DNA from: Dehalococcoidia bacterium
GTDB lineage: Bacteria; Chloroflexota; Dehalococcoidia; SpSt-223
DNA: 64,000 nucleotides
Assembly (NCBI GenBank): GCA_046328265.1
Contig: JAXLWW010000001.1
Coordinates: 565,414-629,413, forward strand
Direction: 5' to 3'
Of the stretch, positions 27,441 to 37,958 are shown piece after piece; within the stretch, counting starts at the first letter, position 1; each line of letters opens with the position of its first letter. Below the pieces are notes generated by a model. The model had not been told where the DNA came from, made no database searches, and saw only the letters and a program-made list of their open reading frames with translations. Position numbers and translations under genes: made by a program.

Positions 27441-28024
27441 CAGGTCGTCTCACCTTCCTGCTCGATATAGAGCAGGTAGGCCACCGCGACGGCCATCGCG
27501 AACTGGACCAACGCGGCTAAGAGCAGCCGCGCTAAGCCTGGCCCTTCGCTGAAAATCGATAGCAGGATGCTGGCGACTTCCTGCAGCAGCAGCACCGCGT
27601 AGCCGACCGTCAATACTCGCCGCGCCAGGACGAGGGAGATCAGCCCGACCGCTGCTAGCAAGTAGACGGCGAAATTGAGCCCTGGTGCGACATCGGGAAG
27701 TGGGTAGGTATCGGCGAGGCTATAGGCCACCACCAGGGCAAACAGCCCGGTTACGATGCGGTAGGGAAATCCAAAGGCATATTGCACGGTCGAGTTCAAC
27801 GTGCCCGGCAGCGTTCGGAGCGCTGCAAAAAGCACACCCACCGTGAACAGCCCGACCAGCAGGTGGACTGCCCCAAGCGCAAGGTTCGTTTCTGCTCCAA
27901 GGAGCAATGCGACGATCAGATAGACCGCCAGCAGCGCCGGAATGCCGATCCGCCAGGCCTCGGTAAGGATCAGGAGTGACACCGCCCCGACAAGCACCCC
28001 AACGATGAGAATCGAAAGCGTCAT
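27440..28024 (-). CDS. Hypothetical polytopic membrane protein between the two antiporter-like subunits (1-nt overlap, 3-nt gap).
   Basis: 194 aa, ~6 hydrophobic helices. Position suggests a small Mrp/complex-I-like accessory subunit. Confidence 0.4.
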   Translation of the reverse strand: MTLSILIVGVLVGAVSLLILTEAWRIGIPALLAVYLIVALLLGAETNLALGAVHLLVGLFTVGVLFAALRTLPGTLNSTVQYAFGFPYRIVTGLFALVVAYSLADTYPLPDVAPGLNFAVYLLAAVGLISLVLARRVLTVGYAVLLLQEVASILLSIFSEGPGLARLLLAALVQFAMAVAVAYLLYIEQEGETT

Positions 28025-28027
28025 GGG

Positions 28028-29689
28028 CTATCCCAGGAAGATAATCAAGATCCACAGTCCGAGGACGAGAACCGTCGCCATGTAGTAGCGGCCCTCGAGG
28101 AGTGCCAGTCCCTGGGCGAAGGTCCAAAGGATGAGCCGACCCACTCCAGCCAGCCGGCCGAGCAACACGCGGGTCTCGAACGGCGCAACGCGCTCCTCGC
28201 CCAACGGCTCGGTCCTATCCTCCAGAATGTCGTCCAGTCGGACAAGTCCGGGTTCGAACACCTCGCGACGCACCGGCAGACTGGAAGGCCGGCCACGCAT
28301 CGTTCCACCAAGAACTCCCACCACCCCGGCTACAATCAGTCCGCCGAACGCACCCAGTCCGCCATACCACGGCAGCGCGAACAGTTCGCCCCCGGTTGGC
28401 CGTGGCCGGGCGCCGAAGGCGGCTATAGCCGCGCGAGCAGCCGGGTCGATGGCGGTAAAGGCGAGCACCCCGGCCGCGACTGCCACGCCGATTGGCAAGG
28501 CAGCAGCAAGCAGCCGGATCGGCTGCTCACGGCCGGTGGGTTCGGCGCCGGGGGCGAAGAGCGTCAGCGCCATCCGCCCAAGCCCGGCTGCCGCGCCGCC
28601 CAGTCCAACCAGGGCAAGGGCAGCCAACACGAATCTCCCGTCACTCAGGGCACCGGCCAGCGAAACAGCATTGCCAACCGCCGCGCCACCAATGAGTGGA
28701 AAAGGGGAAACCGCCAGCGCACCCGTGACCATGAGCAGTCCGGTGAGCGGACGACTCCGGCCGGCGCCCATCAGGCTACCCAGTCCGGCGATTCCGCTTC
28801 CCTCGGTTATCCGGTCAAACGCCAGGGACAGCCCGGCCAGGGCCAGCATCGCCGGTGGGCCGATCAGGATTGCTGCCGGCTGGGTCGGGCTGATCCCCTG
28901 ACCAAGCGCCACGAGGCAGGCGCCCGCCTGGAGCGACGCGGTCGAGGCCAACAAGCGGGCTAGGGAATCCGCCCGTGCCGCGATCAGACCGGTTAACGCC
29001 ATCGTCGCCGCTCCCAACGCTGCGATCGCCTGAAGCCGCCAGGGGTCTGACGAATCGACGGAGAAACGAACGGCTATCGCCAGACCCGGCAGGACGATGG
29101 TTGCGAGGTTGATCGCGAATGCGCCGCGCAGCCCAGTGAGGGCGGTTTCGGCAAGGCCGTGAAACGGAAACTGAAAAAGTAGGAAAGCGAGGCCCAGCAC
29201 CAACGAGGCGAACCCCATCGGCGCCGCTACTCCGAACGCGGCGGCGGTAAGGAGGGCACACCCGGCGGCGAAGATACCGCCAAGGGCGCTTAGACGTGGC
29301 TCGTCGTCGAAACGCCGTGCCAACCCGGCGGCCAGCGGGAGCACCAACAACAAGCTTGCTGCCACCGCGAGGTTGGCCGCTGCCATCACCAGCAGGCCGA
29401 ACCCGAGGGCAAGCTGCCGTCCGAGGACAAAACGCCAGGGGATCGGCGACCGTAGATCGTCGAGCGCGACCGCCACCGCGATCACGGCGGCGCTCATCGC
29501 AAAGAGGGTGGTCAGAGCATCCACGTGCAAACTGAAGAAAAGGGCGATATCCGCGCTGCCAGGTATCCAGGGGATCCGGACGTCGACGGCAGGCCAGAGC
29601 GGCAAAGTAAGCGCACCGGCAGTGCTGGCCGAGAGCAGCCAGACCACGCGAACGGCGCGAGACCAACGCCGAACGAGCAGAACAACCAC
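28028..29689 (-). CDS. Divergent NuoL/MrpA-like proton-conducting membrane transporter subunit.
   Basis: 553 aa, polytopic. FLLFQFPFHGLAETALTGLRGAFAINLATIV is a degenerate version of the F.FH.WLPDA...SAL.H block. Exact start uncertain. Confidence 0.65.
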   Translation of the reverse strand: MVVLLVRRWSRAVRVVWLLSASTAGALTLPLWPAVDVRIPWIPGSADIALFFSLHVDALTTLFAMSAAVIAVAVALDDLRSPIPWRFVLGRQLALGFGLLVMAAANLAVAASLLLVLPLAAGLARRFDDEPRLSALGGIFAAGCALLTAAAFGVAAPMGFASLVLGLAFLLFQFPFHGLAETALTGLRGAFAINLATIVLPGLAIAVRFSVDSSDPWRLQAIAALGAATMALTGLIAARADSLARLLASTASLQAGACLVALGQGISPTQPAAILIGPPAMLALAGLSLAFDRITEGSGIAGLGSLMGAGRSRPLTGLLMVTGALAVSPFPLIGGAAVGNAVSLAGALSDGRFVLAALALVGLGGAAAGLGRMALTLFAPGAEPTGREQPIRLLAAALPIGVAVAAGVLAFTAIDPAARAAIAAFGARPRPTGGELFALPWYGGLGAFGGLIVAGVVGVLGGTMRGRPSSLPVRREVFEPGLVRLDDILEDRTEPLGEERVAPFETRVLLGRLAGVGRLILWTFAQGLALLEGRYYMATVLVLGLWILIIFLG

Positions 29690-29936
29690 GGCCCCAATGG
29701 CAAGCGCGACCGGGGCGCCAACGACGGCGACGGCGATAGCTACCTCGGATCAGGAGGCCCACCTGGACGGCCGGGCCGGCCACCTCTGCGGCGGCTGGGC
29801 GGGAAGTATAGCGACCGAGAGCGAGCCGGGCCGTCTGGTATCATCGGGACGGGCCCACTCCGCTGGCTGGGTGGGACGGCGAACCTTGTGCGGGCCTGCG
29901 CCGCGGCCGCGCGGACCAATGGTGGACGGTGGGCGG

Positions 29937-31028
29937 ATGCCGGTGACTCTCACCTATATGGCAATTTTCGCCGTCGCCCTGATGCTGGCGGTCTCCGGTA
30001 CGCCCCTCGCTCGCCGCATCGCGATTCGAGTCGGGTTGGTCGACCAGCCGGCGGCCCGCAAGGTCCACCGAGTGCCGGTACCACTGATGGGCGGCGTGGC
30101 GATTTGGATCGCGCTGGTCAGCGCGCTGATGCTTTTCACCGACCGGTTCAACCTCCCCCAACTCGGTGCAATCTTGCTCGGGGCGACGGTCGTCTCGATT
30201 ACCGGGCTACTCGACGACCGCCAGGGCCTTTCCCCCTATGCCAAGCTAGTCGCCCAATCGGTCGCGACCGTCCCGTTGGTCCTCTCGGGGATCCGGGTCG
30301 AATCAGCGACACCTTGGAACGAGGTGAACTTGGCGCTCACCTTCTTATGGGTCGTCGGTATCACCAACGCCTTCAACCTGCTTGACAACATGGACGGTTT
30401 GGCGGCGAGTGTCGCGGCGGTCGCCAGCGGCTTCTTTCTGGTACTGGCGGCGGGCAGCGGTCAGTTTCTGGTCGCTAGCCTGTCGGCGGCGATCGCCGGT
30501 GCTTGTCTCGGCTTTCTTCGGTTCAACTTCCTCGCCCCGGCGCGGATTTTCATGGGCGACGCTGGCAGCCTCCTGCTGGGCTACTTGCTTGCCGCGCTGG
30601 GGATCAAACTCCGGTTCGAGAACGATCCGACGGTGACGTTGTTGATCCCGATCCTCGTGCTGGGCATCCCTATCTTCGATACCACGCTCGTTACGATCTC
30701 CCGGCTCCGGCGTCGTCTCAACCCACTCACCTCGGCTGGCAAGGACCACCTATCGCATCGCCTGACGATGCTTGGGCTGAGTGGGCGGGAAGCGGTCATG
30801 CTGATCGTGATGATCGGCGGCGTTCTGGGTCTGGCGGCGTTGTTTCTCAGCGACGCCGGTCGGGTGGAGGCGCTCGCGATCGCTGTCACCGCCGCCGCCG
30901 CCGCGGTCTATGGGCTGGTCCGGCTTGAACTCATTTATCGCCGGTCATCGGGTCTGGAACGGTCAGAGAATCGCAATCGGCGAGAGATACCGCGCCCGCC
31001 CTTTCCGCAGGAGCCTGAGGAAGTCTGA
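29937..31028 (+). CDS. Glycosyltransferase family 4: WecA/MraY-like UDP-HexNAc:polyprenol-phosphate HexNAc-1-phosphate transferase.
   Basis: ITNAFNLLDNMDGLAAS hallmark, DDRQGLSPYAKL, ~10 TM helices. Start chosen at ATG 29937 (MPVTLTYMAIF...); the longer ORF upstream overlaps the antiporter gene. Confidence 0.8.
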   Translation: MPVTLTYMAIFAVALMLAVSGTPLARRIAIRVGLVDQPAARKVHRVPVPLMGGVAIWIALVSALMLFTDRFNLPQLGAILLGATVVSITGLLDDRQGLSPYAKLVAQSVATVPLVLSGIRVESATPWNEVNLALTFLWVVGITNAFNLLDNMDGLAASVAAVASGFFLVLAAGSGQFLVASLSAAIAGACLGFLRFNFLAPARIFMGDAGSLLLGYLLAALGIKLRFENDPTVTLLIPILVLGIPIFDTTLVTISRLRRRLNPLTSAGKDHLSHRLTMLGLSGREAVMLIVMIGGVLGLAALFLSDAGRVEALAIAVTAAAAAVYGLVRLELIYRRSSGLERSENRNRREIPRPPFPQEPEEV

Positions 31029-31182
31029 GTTGGCGGGCGAGCATCACTCCGGTTCGGACGTCTGGCGTCGGTGATGTGCCGGTATCCGGCTTAGCACGTT
31101 GGCGAGAGAAAAGCGCCGTTCGGATGCGAGGGGCGCCGGCCCGGTCAAGCGAGATTGAGCAAACGACGTCGGGGTGAACGAG

Positions 31183-31473
31183 CTACCCGGACAATCGCGC
31201 TATGGCCTCGGCCTGATCGATGCCTTCGACGACTATGCGCTTGTGGCGGGCATGTGTCCCCTGAACGATAACGACCTGACGTTGGCGCACTCCGAGAACC
31301 CCGGCGAGGTATCTGACGAGGGCGGCATTGGCTTTGCCGTCGACAGCGGGTGCGGCAATCCATAGTCGAAGGGCGCCGCTTGGCTGAAGCTCGAGCGCAT
31401 TTCGCTTTGCGCCGGTGGCGACAGTCAGGCCGAATCTCGCGGTCAGTCGCTCCAAAACCGCTGTTCCTGCCAT
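31183..31473 (-). CDS. DUF167 (YggU) family protein.
   Basis: LRLWIAAPAVDGKANAALVRYLAGVLGV...QGTHARHKRIVVEG matches the YggU pattern (APPVDGQAN...LVKFL...G...RHK). Confidence 0.7.
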   Translation of the reverse strand: MAGTAVLERLTARFGLTVATGAKRNALELQPSGALRLWIAAPAVDGKANAALVRYLAGVLGVRQRQVVIVQGTHARHKRIVVEGIDQAEAIARLSG

Positions 31474-32096
31474 GGGTCGGCGTCGTTGTGGTAGCCGAGT
31501 TGCTCCCAGAACCCGATCCGGTCTTCGGCAAGCAGTTCAAGGCCGCGAATCCACTTGGCGCTCTTCCAAAAATAGCGCTTTGGTACCACCAGACGAAGCG
31601 GGTACCCATGGTCGAGGGTCAACGGTTCTCCGTTGTGCTCGTAAGCAAGCAGGACGTCGTCATCATACAGCGCATCGATCGGGAGGTTGGCGGTGTAGCC
31701 ATATTCGGCATGAGCGACGGCGAACTTCACCTCTGGCTTTGGACCAGCAAGCGCCAGCACGTCTTTGAGGGCGATGCCCGTCCATCGATTGTCGAGCTTG
31801 CTCCAACGAGTAACACAATGGATGTCCGACATCGTCTCGATGCGAGGCAGTGCCAGAAACTGCTCCCAGGACAGTTCGACCGACTGCTCGACGAGGCCCC
31901 AGACTCGAAACGTCCAGGTCGTGAGATCGGCCTTGGGGACCGGGCCATAATGAAGCACCGGCCACTTCTCAGTCAGAACCTGCCCTGGGGGCACCCGGAC
32001 CTGGATCGATGGGTCGAGCGACTGGCGGCGAAACGGATTGAACACGATGGTCTCTTCCTCGTGGCAGTTGAGCCTGCGATCATTGTACGAGGGCAC
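31443..32096 (-). CDS. Molybdopterin-dependent oxidoreductase, YedY/MsrP (sulfite-oxidase fold) family.
   Basis: IHCVTRWSKLDNRWTG, NGEPLTLDHGYPLRLVVP and the overall size fit MsrP catalytic subunits. Confidence 0.8.
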   Translation of the reverse strand: MPSYNDRRLNCHEEETIVFNPFRRQSLDPSIQVRVPPGQVLTEKWPVLHYGPVPKADLTTWTFRVWGLVEQSVELSWEQFLALPRIETMSDIHCVTRWSKLDNRWTGIALKDVLALAGPKPEVKFAVAHAEYGYTANLPIDALYDDDVLLAYEHNGEPLTLDHGYPLRLVVPKRYFWKSAKWIRGLELLAEDRIGFWEQLGYHNDADPWQEQRFWSD

Positions 32097-32171
32097 GGAT
32101 CATGCGACAAGATCGGCGGTTGCGGCTCGATTCGGCCATCCGCTATCCTGGCTGCGAAAGCGAGGCCGACC

Positions 32172-33428
32172 GTGTACCGCGCGCCGCGGGGAATGCAGGA
32201 TATCCTCCCCGACGATCAACCCGACTGGCAGCACCTTCTCCATCTCTGTGACGACATCGCTCAACGCTACGGCTATCGTCGTATCGATACGCCACTTGTC
32301 GAATCTACCGACGTCTTTTCGCGGGCGGTGGGAGACACGACCGACGTCGTCGAGAAGGAGATGTACACCTTCCAGGACAAAGGGGACAACTCGCTCACCT
32401 TGCGTCCCGAGTACACCGCCTCGGTCTGCCGCGCCTATCTCGAACATGGGATGGCGTCGTGGCCGCAGCCGGTCAAGCTCTATAGCGTTGGCCCGCTCTT
32501 TCGCTACGACCGGCCCCAGGCTGGCCGATACCGCCAGTTCCACCAATTCAATGCGGAGGCCATCGGCGAATCGGACCCGACCCTCGACGCCGAAATTGTC
32601 GACATGGCCGGCCGGTTGTTCGAGGTGGCGGGTATCCCGGCGGTGGCGTTGCTGATCAACAGCATTGGAGACGCCGATTGCCGGCCGGCCTATATCGAGG
32701 CGCTCCGCACCTACTTCGCCGGCCACGCGGAAGAACTTTGCAGCGATTGCCGGGACCGGCTGGAACGAAATCCGTTACGGCTCCTTGACTGCAAGAGCCC
32801 GGGCTGCCATCGACTTGGCGACCATGCCCCGAAAAGCATCGACTACCTCTGCCCTGCCTGCGCCCAGCACTTTCAGCGTCTGATCGGTTTTCTTGACCGT
32901 CTCGGTCGCCCCTGGCACATCGATCACCGGCTGGTGCGCGGGCTGGACTACTACACTCGGACCGTCTTTGAATACCAGCCGGCGGACGTGGGCGGGCAAA
33001 GCACGATCGGCGGCGGTGGGCGCTACGATGGGCTGATCGCCCAACTTGGTGGTCGAGCCACCCCGGGGATCGGCTTTGCCACCGGGCTCGAACGGATCCT
33101 GCTCAACCGTAAGAAGGCGGGTGTCGAAGCGCCGCAGCCTGCCCAACCGGTCGCGTACATCGTGACGATCGGCGCGGAGTCCGAAGTCGAAGCGGTCGCG
33201 CTGGCAGCCACCCTCCGGGCGCGTGGCATCCCGACGCTTGGACCAGTCGGCGGGCGTGGAGTGAAAGGACAGATGCGCCAGGCCAACGCATCCGGCGCAA
33301 AGTACGCGATAATCCTCGGTCCGGACGAGATCGCCGCTGGGGAAGCGCACCTAAAACCGCTGCACGGCGGGGATCCGCGCAACGTGCCTCTCGGCGACGT
33401 GGTTGCGTCCCTGATCGGTGACACCTAA
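32172..33428 (+). CDS. hisS: Histidine--tRNA ligase. GTG start chosen; the longest ORF (from 31350) overlaps the antisense msrP-like gene.
   Basis: N-terminus YRAPRGMQDILP, class II motifs (LTLRPEYTASVCRAY, FRYDRPQAGRYRQFHQFNAE, GGGRYDGL), anticodon-binding C-terminus. Confidence 0.9.
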   Translation: MYRAPRGMQDILPDDQPDWQHLLHLCDDIAQRYGYRRIDTPLVESTDVFSRAVGDTTDVVEKEMYTFQDKGDNSLTLRPEYTASVCRAYLEHGMASWPQPVKLYSVGPLFRYDRPQAGRYRQFHQFNAEAIGESDPTLDAEIVDMAGRLFEVAGIPAVALLINSIGDADCRPAYIEALRTYFAGHAEELCSDCRDRLERNPLRLLDCKSPGCHRLGDHAPKSIDYLCPACAQHFQRLIGFLDRLGRPWHIDHRLVRGLDYYTRTVFEYQPADVGGQSTIGGGGRYDGLIAQLGGRATPGIGFATGLERILLNRKKAGVEAPQPAQPVAYIVTIGAESEVEAVALAATLRARGIPTLGPVGGRGVKGQMRQANASGAKYAIILGPDEIAAGEAHLKPLHGGDPRNVPLGDVVASLIGDT

Positions 33429-33517
33429 CTCGCCATTCAATTCTATCGTGAGAGATCTGGGGGCTGTCTCCGCTCCAGTGGTGGGGTGAGCGAGGCTGTA
33501 CCGATGACCCGAGGTGC

Positions 33518-34594
33518 TTGATGTACCACCGCCTGGACGCCGTTGTGAGTCGCTACGAAGATCTTGCCCAAGCGCTTGCCGACCCGGCGAACCTGAACGA
33601 CTACGAACTGTTAATTAGGCTGAATAAAGAGCGCACCGAGATCGAACCGGTGGTCGAACTGTATCGCGACTACCGCAAGGTCGAAGGTGATCTCGCGGAT
33701 GCGCGCCAACTCCTCGACGAGGAGAGCGATACCGAACTTGTCGCGATGGCCAAAGACGAGATCGGCCGGCTCGAGCCAATGCGCGAGCAACTTGACGAGC
33801 GGCTGAAACTCGCCCTCCTGCCGAAAGACCCGAATGACGACAAGAACGTCTTCATGGAGGTGCGGGCCGGTGTCGGCGGCGAGGAGGCGGCGTTGTTTGC
33901 CGCGGACCTGTTCCGGATGTACACCCGCTACGCCGAGCGCCAACGCTGGAAGGTCGAAGTGGTCGACCTGAGCGAGGCTGAGGCAGGTGGTTATAAGGAA
34001 GTCGTCTTCGAGGTACAGGGCCGCGGAGCATACAGCCGATTGAAATGGGAAAGCGGCGTCCATCGGGTACAGCGGGTGCCCGTGACCGAAGCCCAAGGCC
34101 GAATCCACACGTCGACCGCAACGGTGGCAGTGCTGCCCGAGGTCGAAGACGTCGACTTCGAGATCCGCGACGACGACGTCGATATGGAATTCTATCGCTC
34201 CGGCGGCGCCGGAGGACAGAACGTCAACAAGGTGTCGACTGCTGTCCGGCTGCTCCACAAACCAACCGGTATCGTCGTCACCTGTCAGGACGAGCGTTCG
34301 CAGTTGAAAAACCGGCTCAAAGCGATGGCGGTCCTGCGGGCTCGTCTGTACGAAAACGAGCAGCGCAAGCGTGACGAGGCGATGGCCGCCGACCGGCGGG
34401 CGCAGGTGGGCGCCGGCGAACGCTCCGAGAAGATTCGGACCTACAACTTCCCTCAGGACCGCCTGACCGACCACCGGATAGGTCTGACGACCCACGGCCT
34501 GCCGGGGATCCTCGATGGCTCGATAGACCAGGTGATCGATGCGCTCGCCCTCGCGGACCGTACCCGTAAGCTGCAAGCCGAGGGCGTCGCCTAA
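33518..34594 (+). CDS. prfA: Peptide chain release factor 1.
   Basis: [12 protein letters not shown] (PxT motif), GGQ motif ([13 protein letters not shown]). 358 aa. Confidence 0.95.
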   Translation: MMYHRLDAVVSRYEDLAQALADPANLNDYELLIRLNKERTEIEPVVELYRDYRKVEGDLADARQLLDEESDTELVAMAKDEIGRLEPMREQLDERLKLALLPKDPNDDKNVFMEVRAGVGGEEAALFAADLFRMYTRYAERQRWKVEVVDLSEAEAGGYKEVVFEVQGRGAYSRLKWESGVHRVQRVPVTEAQGRIHTSTATVAVLPEVEDVDFEIRDDDVDMEFYRSGGAGGQNVNKVSTAVRLLHKPTGIVVTCQDERSQLKNRLKAMAVLRARLYENEQRKRDEAMAADRRAQVGAGERSEKIRTYNFPQDRLTDHRIGLTTHGLPGILDGSIDQVIDALALADRTRKLQAEGVA

Positions 34595-34612
34595 GCTGGC
34601 CATCGGGCGATC

Positions 34613-35479
34613 GTGAGCGGCGAGGTGGATCGGCGCACGGGACCCGAGGGTTTCAACGTCGAGCGTGCGTTGCGCCAGGCTCGTGCAACGCTGGCAGCGG
34701 CAGGCGATGACGAAGCCGAAGCCGCCGCCGAGCGGCTGCTGATGCATCTGCTTGGTGTGGAGCGGGCGCGACTGCTCACCCATCGCGAGCGCCCTCTCTC
34801 CCTCGACGAACAACGACTGTTCGCGGCGGTGATCGCAAGACGCGCCACTGGAGAGCCAGTCCCCTACATCACCGGCCGCCAAGCGTTTCGAACACTCGAT
34901 CTCGAGGTGAACCGGGATGTCCTGATCCCCCGCCCCGAGAGCGAGTTGTTGGTCGACGTTGCGATCGAGCGTCGCTCTGGACTGGCTGTCGAAGTTGGAA
35001 CCGGGTCGGGTGCGATCGCGCTGGCAATCGCCACCGAATCGCCTCGATTGCGCGTTGTCGCCACCGAGCGGTCTGGCCCTGCTCTCCGGGTGGCGCGGCG
35101 CAATCGCGATCGGCTGGGTCTCGAGGTTGCCCTCATTCAGACCGACCTGATCGCCGGTATAATCAGCCCAATTGACGTACTCGTCGCCAACCTGCCGTAC
35201 ATCGATCGTGTCGGCCTGGCCAAACTCCCGACTGGCGTGCGCGAGTGGGAACCTCAGGCGGCGCTTGATGGAGGTCCTGGGGGTCTGGTACTGATTGGGG
35301 CGCTTCTGGTGTCCGCGCGCCGTGTGCTTGCGCCGGGCGGCTTGGTCGTGCTTGAGATCGCCTTCGATCAGGGAGCGCCGGCGGCGGCGCTTGCTCGGCG
35401 TGCGTTTCCTGCGGCGCGGGTCGACGTGCTGCGAGACCTGGCTGCCCACGACCGAGTTGTCCGAATTTCACTGAAGTGA
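34613..35479 (+). CDS. prmC: Release-factor glutamine N5-methyltransferase PrmC/HemK.
   Basis: SAM-binding [13 protein letters not shown], catalytic VANLPYI (NPPY-type). Located immediately after prfA. Confidence 0.85.
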   Translation: MSGEVDRRTGPEGFNVERALRQARATLAAAGDDEAEAAAERLLMHLLGVERARLLTHRERPLSLDEQRLFAAVIARRATGEPVPYITGRQAFRTLDLEVNRDVLIPRPESELLVDVAIERRSGLAVEVGTGSGAIALAIATESPRLRVVATERSGPALRVARRNRDRLGLEVALIQTDLIAGIISPIDVLVANLPYIDRVGLAKLPTGVREWEPQAALDGGPGGLVLIGALLVSARRVLAPGGLVVLEIAFDQGAPAAALARRAFPAARVDVLRDLAAHDRVVRISLK

Positions 35480-35552
35480 AACGCCGGGATATGCTGCTGC
35501 GTATGTATGCCAGAACGGCGTCAAGGCGCCGCAGTGCAGGCAGGGTGAAAGA

Positions 35553-36629
35553 ATGGCACGGGGCACCACCCAATTCGAAGATATCGTTCGGCTTGACGAT
35601 GGCGACGCGCCGTACGACGAAATTTCCCAGGATGGCGAGCCAGGTGAGGCTGCCGACTATGTCGTCGATGATGAAGACGAGGACGATGCCGATTTGTATC
35701 CGGCGCCGCTCGACGATGAAGAACTCCCCAATGCCATCGGCGTCTATCTGCGCGACATCCGCCCAGTCAAGCTGCTGACCAAAGCCGACGAGCAGACGCT
35801 CGCAAAGGCAATTGAGGAGGGCGAGGCCGCCCGCACGTTGCTAAAGCAGGATGCCCTTTGCGCCGACACTCGGGCCGAAGCCGAGGCGTTGGTGGCCACC
35901 GGTGACGATTCACGCCGCCGCCTGACCGAGGCAAACCTTCGCCTGGTGGTCAACGAGGCGAAGAAGTACCTCAATCGGGGGCTTACACTCGGTGATCTGA
36001 TCCAGGAAGGAAACCTTGGGCTGATGCGCGCGGTCGAGAAGTTCGACTACAAGCGCGGCTTCAAGTTCTCGACCTACGCGACGTGGTGGATCCGTCAGTC
36101 AATCATGCGGGCGATCGCCGACCAGGCTCGAACGATCCGGATCCCGGTCCATATGATTGAGGCAATCAACAAGATGATGCGCGCCGCCCGGCGAATCCAG
36201 CAGGCGACCGGGCGCGAAGCCACGCCAGACGAGTTGGCTCGCGATCTCGAGATACCGGTTGCGAAGGTCATGCTGATCATCAAGGCGGCCCAGCGGCCTA
36301 TCTCCCTCGAAACGAAGATCGGCGACGAAGATGATGGTCTCCTCTCCGAACTTGTCGAGGACAAGACGGCCCTCTCGCCAGCGGAGGCGGCCACCCACGA
36401 AGTGCTTCGCAACGAAGTGACCGCGATGCTCGATCAGCTTTCCGAGCGCGAGAGGCGGATCGTCCAACTTCGGTTCGGGCTCCACGACGATCGGTCACGC
36501 ACCCTCGAGGAAGTCGCCCGCGAGGTCGGGCTGACCCGCGAACGGATCCGGCAGATCGAAGGTCAGGCGCTTTCCAAGCTGCGGCAGCAGCGCCACCTGC
36601 CCGGGCTCCGCGAGTACCTGCACGACTAA
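35553..36629 (+). CDS. RNA polymerase sigma-70 family factor (group 1/2, RpoD/SigA-like) with an acidic N-terminal region.
   Basis: Region 2 [37 protein letters not shown], region 3, and region 4 [27 protein letters not shown]. Confidence 0.85.
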   Translation: MARGTTQFEDIVRLDDGDAPYDEISQDGEPGEAADYVVDDEDEDDADLYPAPLDDEELPNAIGVYLRDIRPVKLLTKADEQTLAKAIEEGEAARTLLKQDALCADTRAEAEALVATGDDSRRRLTEANLRLVVNEAKKYLNRGLTLGDLIQEGNLGLMRAVEKFDYKRGFKFSTYATWWIRQSIMRAIADQARTIRIPVHMIEAINKMMRAARRIQQATGREATPDELARDLEIPVAKVMLIIKAAQRPISLETKIGDEDDGLLSELVEDKTALSPAEAATHEVLRNEVTAMLDQLSERERRIVQLRFGLHDDRSRTLEEVAREVGLTRERIRQIEGQALSKLRQQRHLPGLREYLHD

Positions 36630-36692
36630 TTGGCGAAAGGCCGCACCCTCAGGTGAAGATTCGGCCAGCTTCAAGACGGAGTGAGGGACGCA

Positions 36693-37274
36693 ATGCAGGC
36701 AATCTGCGTCTTTTGTGGTTCGCGTGCCGGGGATCGGGCGACCTTCGAGACTTCCGCCAGATTGGTCGGTGAGACGATCGCCCAGCGAGGGCTCACGCTC
36801 GTCTATGGCGGTGGACGGGTGGGGCTGATGGGTGTGGTGGCCGACGCCGCGCTCGCAGCCGGTGGTCGGGTGATCGGCGTCATTCCCGAGCCGCTCGCCG
36901 CCAAGGAGATCGCCCATAGTGGACTGACCGAACTGCACTTGGTTCGCTCGATGCACGAGCGCAAGGCTCTGATGGGTGAGCTATCAGACGGTTTCGTCAC
37001 GCTGCCGGGTGGCTTTGGCACCCTCGAGGAGTTCTTTGAGGTGCTGACCTGGGGTCAGCTCGGAATTCACCGCAAGCCGTGCGGTCTGTTGAACGTGGAC
37101 CGCTACTTCGACCCGCTTGTCGCGTTCTTCGATCGTGCGTTGAACGACGGATTCATCACGGCGGAGCATCGTCGCCTTGTCCTCCAGGCCGCGACCCCAT
37201 CAGCGTTGCTCGGCCTGATGGATCGGTATGTCCCGCCTGCCGGCGCCAATTGGGTGACGGTAGAGGAAATGTAG
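36693..37274 (+). CDS. LOG-family cytokinin riboside 5'-monophosphate phosphoribohydrolase-like protein (TIGR00730).
   Basis: MQAICVFCGSRAG, VYGGGRVGLMG, PGGFGTLEEFFE are LOG signatures. SD GAGGGA upstream of ATG 36693. Confidence 0.85.
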   Translation: MQAICVFCGSRAGDRATFETSARLVGETIAQRGLTLVYGGGRVGLMGVVADAALAAGGRVIGVIPEPLAAKEIAHSGLTELHLVRSMHERKALMGELSDGFVTLPGGFGTLEEFFEVLTWGQLGIHRKPCGLLNVDRYFDPLVAFFDRALNDGFITAEHRRLVLQAATPSALLGLMDRYVPPAGANWVTVEEM

Positions 37275-37414
37275 CCGCCCACCGCGACTATCGCGACCTT
37301 TCGGCCGCCTTGCGGGTGCTGGTTCCTCCCATTGGGGAGAATGCGGACCGAGCCGGTCTGCGTGGAGAGATCGGGGCCGTGGTGCGCCAGTGTCTGGCTG
37401 CCTGGAACTCGCTC

Positions 37415-37957
37415 CTAGCTGAGACGGCCGGAAAGCTCGGCCGTGACCGGTGCACCGGATTCGCGGGCGCAGTACGGGCAAACATGCCAGCGAAGATGGA
37501 GGGCACGTCCACAGCCGGAACAGATCTTCTTGAGCCGCGTTCGGCAATTCGGGCAGAGAAGAAACTCATCCTCGACACGTGCCTTGCACTTGGGGCAGGC
37601 GCCTTGCTCTTCGATCTCCGAGAGCAAGCTTTCTTCTTCCAGGGTACGTTCGTACTGCTCGGCGATCGTTTCGCGTGGTCGGAGCAAGAGATAGAGGATC
37701 ATTCCCGGGATGTTGAAGACAAGTACCAGCAGAATCGCAAAGAATGCGGTGAAGATGTTTCGGCTACGCGAACGGATGTCGCGAAGTGTCCAAATGAGGA
37801 GAGCTACCCAGAATGCCACGAGGTAGGCGACAATCAGTGCGACCGCCAGCGTGATGTAGATCTCAAGACCTTGCACGGCAAGAACTGTAGCAGGCGTCCG
37901 GATTGACTTCAACTGGAACCGATTCTTATACTCGGCCAAAGTCCCGCATCGAGCCAT
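37415..37957 (-). CDS. Membrane protein with a C-terminal double zinc-ribbon.
   Basis: Two TM helices followed by CPKCKARVEDEFLLCPNC...CSGCGRALHLRWHVCPYC. Confidence 0.5.
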   Translation of the reverse strand: MARCGTLAEYKNRFQLKSIRTPATVLAVQGLEIYITLAVALIVAYLVAFWVALLIWTLRDIRSRSRNIFTAFFAILLVLVFNIPGMILYLLLRPRETIAEQYERTLEEESLLSEIEEQGACPKCKARVEDEFLLCPNCRTRLKKICSGCGRALHLRWHVCPYCARESGAPVTAELSGRLS

Positions 37958-37958
37958 T

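Noticed and set aside
29373-29936. N-terminal 188-codon extension of the WecA-like ORF.
   Set aside because: The extension overlaps the convergent NuoL-like gene and is low-complexity. The conserved WecA N-terminus (MPVTLTYMAIF...) begins at ATG 29937.
31350-32171. 692-aa ORF beginning at 31350 as an extended HisS.
   Set aside because: The upstream 270 codons overlap the antisense MsrP-like and DUF167 genes and have no HisS homology. The HisS N-terminal motif (YRAPRGMQDILP) starts at GTG 32172.
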